A stretch of DNA of 64,000 bases, taken from contig OU015568.1 in NCBI GenBank assembly GCA_907165135.1, positions 5,518,001 to 5,582,000 on the forward strand. The letters run 5' to 3'. Numbering within the stretch: position 1 is the first letter of the stretch; every line of letters starts with the position of its first letter. Of the stretch, positions 24,556 through 38,596 are shown one piece after another. This DNA is from Oikopleura dioica (lineage: Eukaryota > Animalia > Chordata). Made by a program: the position numbers and the translations under genes. The notes under the pieces were generated by a model. The model did no database searches, was not told the DNA's origin, and was given only the letters and a program-made list of their open reading frames with translations.

Positions 24556-25478
24556 TCAGAAGATTTTTCGAACATCGTTCATCTGAAACGGCTCTCGACA
24601 GCTTGGACAGATTTTTGGTCGGAGAGCATTGAGACAGGAAAAGCAAAAAGAATGAAAGCATATTGTTATGCAAGATCGATGATGCTCATTTCGGTAAAAA
24701 GGGGAGAAGCAGATCTGGCAAATTTCGCGAAGACGGTTTTCTCTTTCCGTCGCTGACTTGAGCTTCTTCTCGAGATCGACGTTGGCTTTTCTGAGCCGCT
24801 CGTTTTCTTGAAGAAGATTTTCAATTATCGACGAGTTATCGTTGATAATCTTTTTGGCATTGTTGAGTTGCTCGGAAAATGACTTCTTCTGGATGAAGAT
24901 TTTTTCGAATTTGTTCCTCATTGATTGCACTTCGTTTTCTCGCGCATCGAGGTCTCTTTCAATGTCGGCGGGGAGATGCACAGGACGAGAAGGAGGAGCT
25001 CTGGTTTTTGTATTGTTTCCGGGAAAACGAGGTTGACCAGAGAAAGAGAACCGGCTTTGTTGATAGTGCTCGAAAAACTCGCTGAAGGTCAGAGAATCTT
25101 GGCATTCCAAGAAAAAGCATTTGAAGCGAATTTTACTCAAACGATTAGGAAGATCTTCTTCATAATCCCAGACTTTACAATTGCAGTATTGCTTATGAAC
25201 AAAAGTTTTCTCTGAATAACAATCAATACAAAATGAAATACTGCCATTTTGATCATCGCTGCAATCATGCCAGTAGAATTTCCCCGGAACAATTCTTAAA
25301 AAAGATCAAATACTTTTGATGCAAAAATTTCAATGACTTACGAGCAGATTCTGCATTTATAAACAAATACTTTAGAATTATCATATTTTCGGAGATCAAA
25401 ATTGTAATTTCCTCCATCCAAATATTTTGCCGGAATCTCTCGTTTTTCAACGCTTACTTTTCCCTCTTTTTGATGCAT
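24556..25478 (-). CDS. RING array copy 3, intact, 291 aa, 2 exons (25478-25342, 25294-24556)
   Basis: 876 nt in frame; CRIC..H.C..FCIDC, CFFLEC..EH, coiled coil, C3HC4 RING CQICF..CFHSFCFSC..CPSCREPF. Confidence 0.88.
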
Positions 25479-25749
25479 TTTCACGGCAAAAAAATAGAAC
25501 TGAGTTCTGAAAAATGAGGGAAAATGAGTTATCGCTTCATATTTACTCACTGAGTGATACTCAGCAAATCTAGCGCAGCAAGTCCTTCTCTCAAACATTA
25601 TTGCTACACTTTTATATTAAAAAATATTTTCATTGGGACTCAAATACAATAAATTGGTAACCCTCCTTAGGAATTTTTAACAGACCTTTTCCCGATAAAA
25701 AGATTCTCTTTTTTTCTGAATTATTTTTATTGTTTTTATTTATTTTTAA

Positions 25750-25862
25750 TCAGAGTTGCAAATTTGTTGAGCTGAATGAGCTGAGCAGTTGCTCACTCAG
25801 CTCAGCTCAGCTCAATGACCTCTGAAAAAGGGCAGCTCAGCTCAGCTCAGCTAAGTGAGCTC
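25750..25862. mobile_element. Partial family E hAT MITE (GCTGA/TCAGC arrays)
   Basis: cagagttgcaaatttg end followed by gagct repeats. Confidence 0.7.
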
Positions 25863-26053
25863 CGTTGTTAATCATCAAAAAAGACAGGAGAGAGGCACGT
25901 TACTTTTGTGTTTTTTTCTGACGATTCGACACTTTTGAAAAATTTTTTTTTTTTTAACTTTAGTTTATTAGGGTTAATAAAGGGAGAAGTCTCAATCAGA
26001 AAAAGGAGAATCACGGAGAATCAAAATAAAACTAAATGACTGAATTTTGTTCC

Positions 26054-27377
26054 TCAGAAGAGTTTTCGAACTTTATTCATATTGAATGGCTTCCTGCAGC
26101 TTGGACATTTCTTCGGATTCACAGACTTGAGACAAGAATAGCAGAAGGTATGGAAGCATGATGTGATGCAAGATCGGTGATGTTGGTTTTTGTCGAAGGG
26201 AGAGAAACAAATTTTGCAGCAATTTTCGTCCGCGGGCTCTAGAAAAGATAAGTATTTCCTTTTAGTATTTATTTTATTGAGAAAAAGAACCTTGATTCGA
26301 GGATCGAGCTGGTCTCTTTCGGGCTCGTTTTTCTCTTTCAGTCACTGATTTGAGCTTCTTCTCGAGATCGTTCTTGTCTTTTGTTAGCCTTTCGTTGTCT
26401 TGAAGAAGATTTTCGATTTTTGATGAATTGTCGTCGATCTTCTTTTGGACGTTGTCGAGTTGCTCGGAAATTGATTTCTTCTCGAGTAAGATTTTCTCGA
26501 ATTCCATCCATCCATCCAAACGAGGTTGACCAGAGGAAGAGCATCGGCGATGTTGATAATGCTCGAAAAACTGGCTGAAGGAAAGCGATGCTTTGCATTC
26601 CAAGAGAAAGCATTTGAAGCGAATTTTTCTCAAATTATAAGAAAAATCTTTTTGATAATCCAAGACTCTACACCTGCAGCAGAGTCGCAAATTTGGCTTT
26701 ATTTTCGTTGAGCTGAACTGAGCTGACCTATTTCGGAGCTCACTGAGCTGAGCTGAGCTGGCAATTTTTAGAGGTCATTGAGCTGAGCTGAGCAGACCCT
26801 AATTTGAGCTGAGCTGAGCTGAGTGAGCTGGGTTGAGCTGTTTTTTTTTCTGTTTTTTAGTAGTGAAATTGTGTTAGAATCATTGAGCTGAGCTGAGCTG
26901 AGCTGAGCTGAATGATATTTGTCTGAGCTGAGCTGAGCTGAGCAGAGCAGATCATGTTCGAGAATAATTGAGCTGAGCTGAGCTGAGCAGATAAATTCAT
27001 TTTCGAAAAACCGTGAGCTGAGCTGACCAGCCAGCTCAGCTCACTCAGCTCACCAAATTTGCAACTCTGATCCGCAGTTTTGCTTATGAACAAAAGTCTG
27101 CTCTGAGTAACAATCCATACAAAATATAATATTGCCATTTTCATCATCGCTGCAAAAGTGCCTGTAGTATTTCCCCGGAACAACTCTTAAAAAAAACAAT
27201 AACTTTTGATGCAAATATTTCAAAAGCGATATCTTACGAGCAAATTCTGCATTTTCGAACGTATATTTTCGAACTACCACTATCATATTCTCCGGAAAAA
27301 TAGTAATTTCCTCCATCCAAATATTTTGCCGGAATCTCTCGTTTTTCAACGCTTATTTTTCCCTCTTTTTGTCGCAT
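26054..27377 (-). CDS. RING array copy 4; exon 2 contains a 390-bp hAT MITE that must be spliced out for the gene to be intact
   Basis: Near-identical to copy 1 (shared QPRLDGWxEFEK deletion); both flanks of the insert are open and in register. Confidence 0.65.
26680..27069. mobile_element. hAT-type MITE (family E)
   Basis: TIR cagagtcgcaaatttgg / ccaaatttgcaactctg; TSD acctgcag / atccgcag (6/8); gctga arrays. Confidence 0.88.
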
Positions 27378-27665
27378 CATCACGCCAAAAATAAAAATGA
27401 ATTCTGAAAAATGAGAAAAAATGATTATTGAAGACCATCTACTCATTTTATGGCCGGCGTAGAGACTCACCGATTCCGATAGCCGCCGATTCAGAACTTA
27501 AGAATTTTGAAAATTTTAGAAATATTTTCTCTGAGAAAATTCTTTCAATGAATTGTTATAATGATTTTATTTGCAAAAATAAAGGATAAACAGTCAAAGA
27601 AGGAGAATCTAGAGGAATCAAAATTTAACTAAAACTGATTTTTTTTTTTCGTCGAAACTTTTGAC

Positions 27666-28727
27666 TCAGAAGAGTTTTTGCACTTGGCTCATATTGAAGG
27701 GCTTCCTGCAGCTGGGACAGTTCTTTGGGTTGACCGAATTGAGACAGGAAGAGCAGAAGGTATGGAAACAGCCCATAATGAAGGATCGATGGCGGAGATT
27801 TCTATCGAAGATGGAAAAACAGACTTGGCAAGAGTTGTCGTCAGCTGGCTCTAGAAAAGAAAATATAAGAATGATTTTGGATAATTTCATAAACGAATCA
27901 TCTGAAATAAATTTCAATCTTATTTTTAAAAAATAAATTTGAACCTTGATTAGACGATGGAGCAGGTCTCTCTCTGGCTCGTTTTTCTTTTTCCGTTATT
28001 GATTTCAATTTCTCTTTAAGATTGTTCTTGTCTCGAGTGAGCTGCTCGTTTTCTTGGAGAAGATTCTCAATTTTCGAGGAGTTGTCGTCGATCTTCTTTT
28101 GGACAATCTTGAGTTCGTCTGAGATTGATTTTTTCTCGATGAAGATTTTTTCAAATTCCTTCCTCATGGATTGCACTTCGATTTCTCGGGCATCGAGGTC
28201 TCTTTCAATGTCATCTGGGAGACGCACCTGACGAGGAGGAGAAGCTCTGGTTTTTGTTCGGTCTACGGGAAAACGAGTTTGACCAGAGGAAGAGCAGCGG
28301 CGTTGTTGAAAGTGCTCGAAAAACTCGCTGAAGGAGAGAGAATCTTGGCATTCTAAAAAAAAGCACTTGAAGCGAATTTTTTTCAAATCATCAGCAAGAT
28401 CTTTTTGATAATCATAGACTTTACAATTGCAGTTTTGCTTATGAACAAAAGTCTGTTCTGAATAACAATCCATACAAAATGAAATACTGCCATTTTCATC
28501 ATCGCTGCAAACATGGTAGTAGAATTTCCCCGGAACAACTCTTAAAAAGGCTCAATAACTTTTGATGCAATCTCATTAGCGATAACTTACGAGCAGATTC
28601 TGCATTTTGCAACGAATATTTTAGAACGGTAAGATGTTCGGAAATGAAAATAGTAATTTTCACCATCCAAATATTTCGCCGGAATCTCTTGTTTTTCAAT
28701 ACTTATTTTTCCCTCTTTTCTTGGCAT
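27666..28727 (-). CDS. RING array copy 5, intact, 305 aa, 3 exons (28727-28591, 28540-27945, 27850-27666)
   Basis: 918 nt in frame with GT-AG introns; RING CQVCF..CFHTFCSSC..CPSCRKPF. Confidence 0.88.
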
Positions 28728-29374
28728 TTTCGCAGCAGAAAAAAAAAAGAAATGAATTCAGAAAAATGAGGGAAAATGAATTTTTTTAAGATCGTCTACT
28801 ATTTACCCAGCAAATCTAACACAGCAAGTCCTTTTTTGAAACATTCAAATATATTAAAAAATATTATTCTTTTGACTCAAAATCCGTTAAATTGGTGACC
28901 CTCCTGAGGAATTTTTCAACAGACATTTTTCCGTTAAAAATTATTCTCTTTTTTAATGGCCCTTGAAATAGATTGTTAAAATAAATTTGGGCACATGCGT
29001 TTTGTCGCAGGAAACGCCAACAAAGAAAGAGTGGAGCAGTAGTAAGTATATCCCTTTGTCAACAGATCTGATCGTTCCGCTTGGATTGGCTAAAGTCGGC
29101 CGATTGAGCACAATAAATTTTATGGCCGGCGTAGAGACTCTCCAATTCCGATTGCCGCCGAAATAGAACTTTACGGAAATTTAATCCAGTACTCTTTTTT
29201 TCTCCTCAAAAAAAGAGAGTCTACCATTTCTATAAAGAATAGATAGAATAAGAAGAGCTCAGAAGTCGTTTTTGACCCATAACAAAAGGTAATTCAAAAC
29301 TTTGTCTTTGAAAAAAGGCGCTAGAACTCAACTAATTTTTAAATTTCATAACGCTTTTTTTAATAAATTCTCTC

Positions 29375-29550
29375 AAGGGTCTGGATTTTGGCCAAAAATG
29401 AAAAGTAAAAGCGAAATTTTTTCAAAAATTTAAAGCGAAAGCGAAGCGAAGCGAATCAAAATTTTAAAAGCGAAAAAAAGCGAAGCGAAATGAAATTACA
29501 AAAAGTGAAAGCGAAGCGAAGCGAATTCGCTAAGCGAATCCAGACCCCTG
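29375..29550. mobile_element. Short hAT-like MITE with AGCGA arrays
   Basis: (c)aagggtctggatt / aatccagacccctg ends; attctc direct repeat on both sides. Confidence 0.7.
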
Positions 29551-29693
29551 ATTCTCATCTATGTTTTCATCGCAAAAAATTATGCCCTAATCATTGCTTT
29601 TTTATTAAAAATTGACGTAAAAACGATTCTCTGAGAAAAACTCCGATGAGAATCTGAACAGAGTGATCTGATAAAAAGCAGACGCCGGGCGAA

Positions 29694-30157
29694 ATGACGA
29701 TCATTTTTCGTTTCATTATCATCTTATTCTTTTTCGTTTTTTGCAAAGCTTGGTGGATCGATGGCCCAATCGAAATGCAAGCGGGAATTAATGACGGAGT
29801 TTAGCTTTTCCAATCCGTCTTAAAAACCCTTTCTTTTCTTTGTTTTTCAAGAAAGAAATTGATCCGAGATTATTCTTTTTTAACTTTTTCTCAAAGAGAG
29901 AAGCCGGAAAAATGGGGCACGGAAAAAGAAGCGAAGAAATCAAAATGGACGGCGCGGAACCTTTGAGGTCAGCTGCGGCGAGAACAGTGTCCAGATCGAT
30001 GCATGGTGATACTCCAGTAAGTGTTTGTTTTTTACAGTCACGTTTGTTATGCAGTTTGTCATACAGTCATGCTCGAGTCCTTGAACTGCCAAACAATCAT
30101 TCTTTCAATCATCAGAGCTTCAGAGTATTTTCAAGTTTTGTTTGCTGTTTTCGTTGA
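29694..30157 (+). CDS. Small secreted protein with prohormone-like cleavage sites
   Basis: MTIIFRFIIILFFFVFCKA signal; phase-0 intron 29799-29851; ...PR-LFFFNFFS-KR-EAGKMGH-GKR...; 3' end uncertain. Confidence 0.5.
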
Positions 30158-31530
30158 TGCTCTGGAATTTTACGAAGGAATTATTTTTTCTTTTTTTTCG
30201 TTAAAAAAATTTGAAACCATTTTTTTCCAGTTCTAATAATTTTTTGATAATTTAAAATGATTTTTAAAGCCATTAGGTAATATGAAGATTTAAGCGAGTG
30301 ATACCCTTATTTTATTCACCAACCATTGTTGAACATCTAAACTTTATTTTCACAAAACAAAATAAGGGTATCAACGTGATATTTCTGGGAGAAAAGACGC
30401 CTTGAAAGACATTTTTAGCAAGTGATACCCTTATTCTATTATTGAGCAAAAATTTAATATCATCAATTACGATTTATAGGCTATAAATTATAGCCTTATT
30501 TTCGGGAAGAAGAATAAGGGTATCGCTTTCTTTAAAAAATGAGATACAAAAGAATTTTGCTCTGGCAGCAAAAATTTCTGTGAATTTATCTAACGAGTCG
30601 TTTTGCAAAGTTCACGCCCGCGATATTCTATTTTCTCTCTTTTTTTTCCAAGTTCTTCTCCTAAAAAAATCCGTTCCAAAGAGAAACTAAAAAAGAAAAA
30701 GCAAAAAAATGGCTTCACAGGATTTTGGCTAGCGATTTTTCTTTTCAGAAAAGCGAGTTCAATTTTGAATGAAAAGACATATAAATTATTATTTGAGCAA
30801 AGAGCGCGACAGATTGCGCTGCACAACCTTATTAATTCTTCCATCCGCTCATGTCACTTAGAGCCGCGCAGAAAGATACAGTCAGATTCAGCCCTAATAT
30901 TGAGTTTCTTCATTTTTTCAAACCCTTCTGCTTCAATTCAAATTAACCTTTTTTTTTATTATGCAGAATAAGAGTTCAAAAAAGATGTCAAGAGCGAAAT
31001 CGCCCTAAAATACCCCAATCTCCTGGATGTTCTTGAAAATTAAGGGCTTCCCCACCTTAATTTTTTATTGAAAAAATCAGAGAAAAATCAAAGAACTCAA
31101 GAAAAGGCCTCAAAAAGCTGTCAATTTTCCCTTCTTCCTCCAAGTTCTCCTAATGCTAGGCTCGGTTTATTCATTCAGTACAGTACTTACAGTATTATAC
31201 AATAAAAGAACCGAAAAACAGATGTTCAACATTGAATTATGAACGATAAACAATCCATTTTTGGGTTAAACCAACTTATTGAAGTGATTTTATGGCTCCC
31301 GCTTTTGATTGGCCGGTGGGCCAAATACAGCAATCGTATTGGTTATTCAAAAATACACTTTCATAAATTGGTTTAGTCCACATTTTCCGACATTTATTTA
31401 AGTTATTTTTTGTCTATCTTTTTTCAAAGAAAAAAATTCCTCGGCGCGCTACTCAACCAGGCAAATAAAATAAGTCCATTATTGTTGGATTCATAAATTT
31501 TCTCTATTGTAATTCTTAATTGTCTCTACA

Positions 31531-32078
31531 GCCAATGGTTCGCGCCCTAGCCAACGAAAGTCCGCCTATCGTCAGCTAATGATGAAAAAAGCCGCCGCGG
31601 CCGGGGAGCTTAATGTTGGCGCCGCGGCTGAGAGAAAAGCCGACGCAGGGAGCTTCCGCCGCGCTTCAATTTCGGTCCTACAAGAGGACAACAAGCGGCC
31701 CAGGAAGCCATCAAGATCGGACAAAAGTTCCGTCAAGTCGCCGCTGTCGACGTCGAATAATTCCAACCCGCGAAGTCTGGGCTCGGCAACTTGTGTTGAG
31801 AACCTGAGTCAGGGTCATTGAAGATCTTTCTGACCCTGACTCAGGTTTTCAACGCAGGTTGCCGAGCCCTGTCCAAAGTCCGCTGGCTTCGTTGACGATT
31901 TCGAATGACTCTGAGGATTGTTTTTACTCAAGGACTCGAGCTGACAACTCATTTTTTCCTCATTCTTTTATCCCATTTTTCATTTTTTCCCTAGCAATCG
32001 TTTACCCACCCATCTTACACATCCACGCAAGACAGTAACAAACAGCGATCCTTGAGGATATCAGTCAGCTCTAACAGT
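31531..32078 (+). CDS. Probable 5' Ser-rich exons of the AHCYL1/IRBIT gene, containing a family A MITE at 31777-31871
   Basis: Open frame ...KSPLSTSNNSNPRS|PLASLTISNDSED across the excised element; later exon KQRSLRISVSSN|gtaag; the link to AHCYL1 is inferred. Confidence 0.4.
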
Positions 32079-33109
32079 AAGTACCCTTTATTCTTCGAAA
32101 AGTCTAGAATTTGTAAGAAATATTGTGCATTCTCAAATGTCGTTTGATCTGATTTTTGAGCAGTTCATCTGTGTTGTAGGAAAAGTGGTGATTTCGGCCA
32201 TATTGGTGGTAGAGCCTTAAATTAAGATTATCGGATTAGCAAAAAAAACAGAAAGAATAATCTTGGATTAGATTTTCAACAGAAGGAAATGCTCTTAGAA
32301 AACCTGAGTCAGGGTCCTGAGACAGCTTTAATAAAAAGACGCCTTTTTCCAGGGCTCAGGAGCCTGAGTCAGGGTCCTGGAGCGCCATTGTTAAAAGCCC
32401 AAAAGACTTTTTCTGTTCTAGCAACCTGTGTAGAAACCTGAGTCAGGGTTTTTCAAAATTCTTTATTTTGAACTTTCTCAGGACCCTGACTCAGGTTTCT
32501 GCACAGGCTGCGGAGCACAGGAATTGCCTTTCGAAGTTTCTTCTATTAAATCTGTTTCAGGGCCCTGACTCAGGGTTGAACACAGGCTGCCCAGCCGAGG
32601 AAAAAGCCTTTTTGGTCCTTTTTGGGACACTTTTTCTTTTTTACCTATTATTAGCAAGTCTGTTCACTCCGAGTAAATCTCCATTTGCGAAAGAAAATAT
32701 CAGAAAGAAACTGAAAAACAAAAGTTGCATGTTTATGTTTTTTTTTCTCCCTGAATAAATCTGGGATGGATCAGTTTTTATAGCTGGCTAATTATTCGAG
32801 ACTCAGAATAATTATTTGATTTCGAAACATGCCAAGATTATCATATTACCTTGAATATGAGCTGTCAATGTCGCGGATTTGGGAAAAAATTGACACGGGT
32901 CATGGCGTTCCAAGCTCGCATTACAGTCAGACTACAGTAGTCTGACAGCGTATTTCATAATTTACAGGAGAAACCGGAGTAAACAAGTTTCAAAGAGGAA
33001 TCAGGGTCAAAGATGACGATTTTTGTTCTAAAATAACGTTTTTTTTCTCGATAATGACGACTTTTGACCGAAAAATGCGATTTTATAACCAAAAATTTTG
33101 ATTTATTGT

Positions 33110-33753
33110 GATAATTTCAAAAAATTTTTTGCGGGTCTGGAAATCGTAAAAAATCTAAAAGTGCAGTTTTCTTCAGCTCGTTGAGACGAGTCGAATGGTG
33201 TGTCAAACTCTTGATAACTCCAAGAATTGACCGGTTAACCGGCTGGTTACCGGAAAATATGTTTCCGGTCGCCCTTTTCGTTCTAGAAATGCTTGAATGA
33301 CGATTGAACCCGGAAACTGATCCTTATGGTTAGTTTTACTGTGGGCAAAAAGATATCGGTCAAATATATAACGCAACCTTGATAAACGATTAAAATTATA
33401 ATTTGTGTATGTATTTTGTTGTTGCTGCACCTTCCTAATTTTCGGTCCCATTTTCATGTGAAAATACAAATTTGGTGATACGCATGTCATGGTAAGAGAT
33501 ATGATTTTCATTTTTCGCCCACATAAGAACTAACTTTAAGGATCAGTTTTAAGGTTCAATCGTTATTCTAGCATTTCTAGATCAAAAACGGCGAGCGGAA
33601 ACGTATTTTCCGGTAACCAGCCGGTTAACCGGTCAATTCTTGGAGTAGTCAAGAGTTTGACACACCATTCGACTCGTCTCAACGAGCTGAAGAAAACTGC
33701 ACTTTTAGATTTTTTACGATTTCCAGACCTGCAAAATTTTTTTTGAAATTATC
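33110..33753. mobile_element. Foldback-type element with ~155-bp near-perfect TIRs
   Basis: 33110-33267 is the reverse complement of 33596-33753 (gacgagtcgaatggtgtgtcaaactcttg..ccggttaaccggctggttaccggaaaat). Confidence 0.85.
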
Positions 33754-35329
33754 TGTTGAAAAATGACCTTTTTCAGTGGAAAAATCGGAATTTTTTTATC
33801 AAAACAAACTATTTTTCGTTTTAAACTGGTAAAATTTGGTCAGAAAAAGTATTTTTTGGTCAAAAATACCAATTTCTGATAAAAATGACCAATTTTATTG
33901 TAACAATTGGGCTTTAAGGGACCCCCCAGCAGTATTTTGAGTAATTTGATGGGTCAAAAATAGGATTATTTGAAGAATTATTGCATCTGCGGCTGAAATA
34001 ATCTCCTGATCTCGGTCGATTCCGCATTTTCTCTTCATCCAAAAATTGAACGATTTTTTTCTTCTTCCTCTTCGAAGAAAATGAATTTGGAGAAAAAACC
34101 AATCTTGGAAAGGAAAAATACTTTTATAACAATTCAAGAGATAAGAAGAGTTTCTGCTGAAACGAGACAGTCAATTTTGAGAAATCAGTCCATAGGAAAA
34201 CGGCTTTTTCTTTATTTTAAAAGCCTCATTTTTCAATAAAAAAAATTAATTTGATAGGCACACCCTTATTAAACTCGCCATTAAAAATTAACAGAATTTT
34301 TAAATATGGTATTGATACCCTTAATCTCGAGTCGGCGACGGGAGGTTTCTGGAACCGACAAAAAACTTTCGACAAATTTTTCTTGGAAATTTTCAACCAA
34401 TCAGAAGCTGGCATTCGGCTATAAGCCGAGTTAAACTGGCCAATTAGCAGCCGAGTAGCCGCCCACGCAATATTTGTCGAAATTTTGTCTTGGTTCCAGA
34501 CACAATCCCTCGGCAACCTGTTTGCAAAACCTGAGTCAGGGTCTGAAAGACTTTTTGTAAAAGATTTTTCAGACCCTCAGTCAGTGACTCAGGTTTTCTA
34601 CACAGGTTGGTGAGCAAATTATCAGCAGAAAAGTGAGCCGTTTTTAAGATTCTTCATGTGAGTCCAAAAAATCAATCAAAACTTTTCACTCAAATTATTC
34701 AGTTAATCCTCTATCCGCCTGTTTGATTTTTGCCAAAATTTCCATTGTACCGAAATCAGAAATTCGCGCACTGACCTCTCTTTCAAATCAATTTTCAGCG
34801 TCGATGCCAAGAACACGCAATTTTAAGATTTTTTGTCGATGTCCCTTAAACTCTCGCAGAGAATTCAAGCAGGAAGCATCTTGCGACTGTAATAACGGTT
34901 TAATTAACGGTTACTATGATTCATCTTTTTGACAGTTGCTATTCTTCGCCAGAGCCAAAGAGGAGCTTCGTCAAAAGTACGGCCAGTCTTCTCCTTAATT
35001 ATCCCCGGCTCAAAGCTAATTAAAACCCTCAAAAGAATCTGTTGAATCTAATTTCTTCAGTCCTCCTTGATTTTGAGCCCCTTTTTCGCGAAAAAAATGA
35101 GCATTCCAATGAATATTTATGTCTGGCGGAAACATGCTAGAAAATTGGCTCGGAAACCTGTGTGGAAAACCTGAGTCAGGGCTTGAAAGATCTTTCAGAC
35201 CCTGACTCAGGTTTTCTGCACAGGTTTCCGAGACAAGCTAGAATGTCTTTTAACTCGACTCTTCTTGGAGAGGATTTTTCAGCATCCAGTTCTAGAGATT
35301 TCCATTTTCACGTGACTAACAATTTTCAG

Positions 35330-37442
<2,113 letters not shown>

Positions 37443-37572
37443 AATAAATTATTTTTCTAAATCCTCATCCCTCTCTCTCTTTCTGACTTGTGCAAGTACT
37501 AGAATTTGCCTCGAGGCAAAGTGGAATCTTTGGAAGCTCAATTAAGCCCTCTCATCAGAAATTCTAAGCAAA

Positions 37573-38440
37573 ATGAAAACAATTTTTATCCTAGCAAATT
37601 TTCCCTTCAATCAAGCATGTTTTTTCGGATCATCTAAGCAAGAAATTCAAGAGACATCTAGTTCCATATCCCCTACTAGAGCGCCAGTTCCAGTGCGTTC
37701 AAGACCAAAACCACCGCAAAAACGACCAAAAACTCGGCCAAAACTCGATTATGACCCGAAAGAGGTAGAAAAACGCCGAATTTTCTCGTCAGAACCGAGT
37801 ACAAGATGCGAAGCTCCGGGGGCAGAAGGCAAACCATGCAGGTAAGGAGCGCTTGAAGGTATAGAAAAGGAATGAATACTGAAGTTATACGATGAATGTT
37901 GGGCAAGATTGCGAAGAAAAACAGTGGTGGAGTGACAATGGTTGGACAATTTATCGATCAAAGAAAGAGTTTCATTTTTTTGAAAGAATGAAAAAGCGAT
38001 GAGCCACCCTAAGAAAAAATTTTTGAATTGGTGCAATGAAACTGCTCGGAACTTGCTTTTTTTCTTCATTAAGGGTATCACCGTGCTATTTTTGGGATGG
38101 TGCCTGGAAGTTCCAGGCTGGACCCAACAAAAAATCGACAAATTTTGCGTGGGCGGCCACTCAGCTGGTGATTGGCCGGTGAGCCGAATCCAGCCTTCTG
38201 ATTGGTTGAAAATTTCCACGCAAAATTTGTCGAAATTTTTGTCGGTTTCAGACACCTCCCCCTATTTTTTCGACAAAAAATTCTAGTGAAGGTTCGCTTC
38301 TGCACTCCTTGCTCCTCAAGAATATTCAAAAACTCTTCGAAAGTGCATGAAATCACCGAAAGACCCGCGATTTACTCTCCGAGAAACGCTAATTCAAACT
38401 TGTTCCTACGGAAAATGCCATGCTGGAGGCGGTTCTGGAT
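37573..38440 (+). CDS. Unknown multi-exon gene, Pro/Lys-rich N-terminal exon
   Basis: ORF 37573-37845 ends at a gtaag donor; possible later exons near 37880 and 38287; joins unresolved. Confidence 0.35.
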
Positions 38441-38596
38441 GAAGAGGACAAAACTCGCGATCAATTTTTGTAAACAGTTTATTAGTTTTTACTTTGACAG
38501 AACGAATAAACTCGCTGGAGGCAGGAGAGAATAAATAATAATCGACCAGACTCGCCCAATCCCCTATCAACGGCTGGTCGAGGTGTTTTTCTTCGC

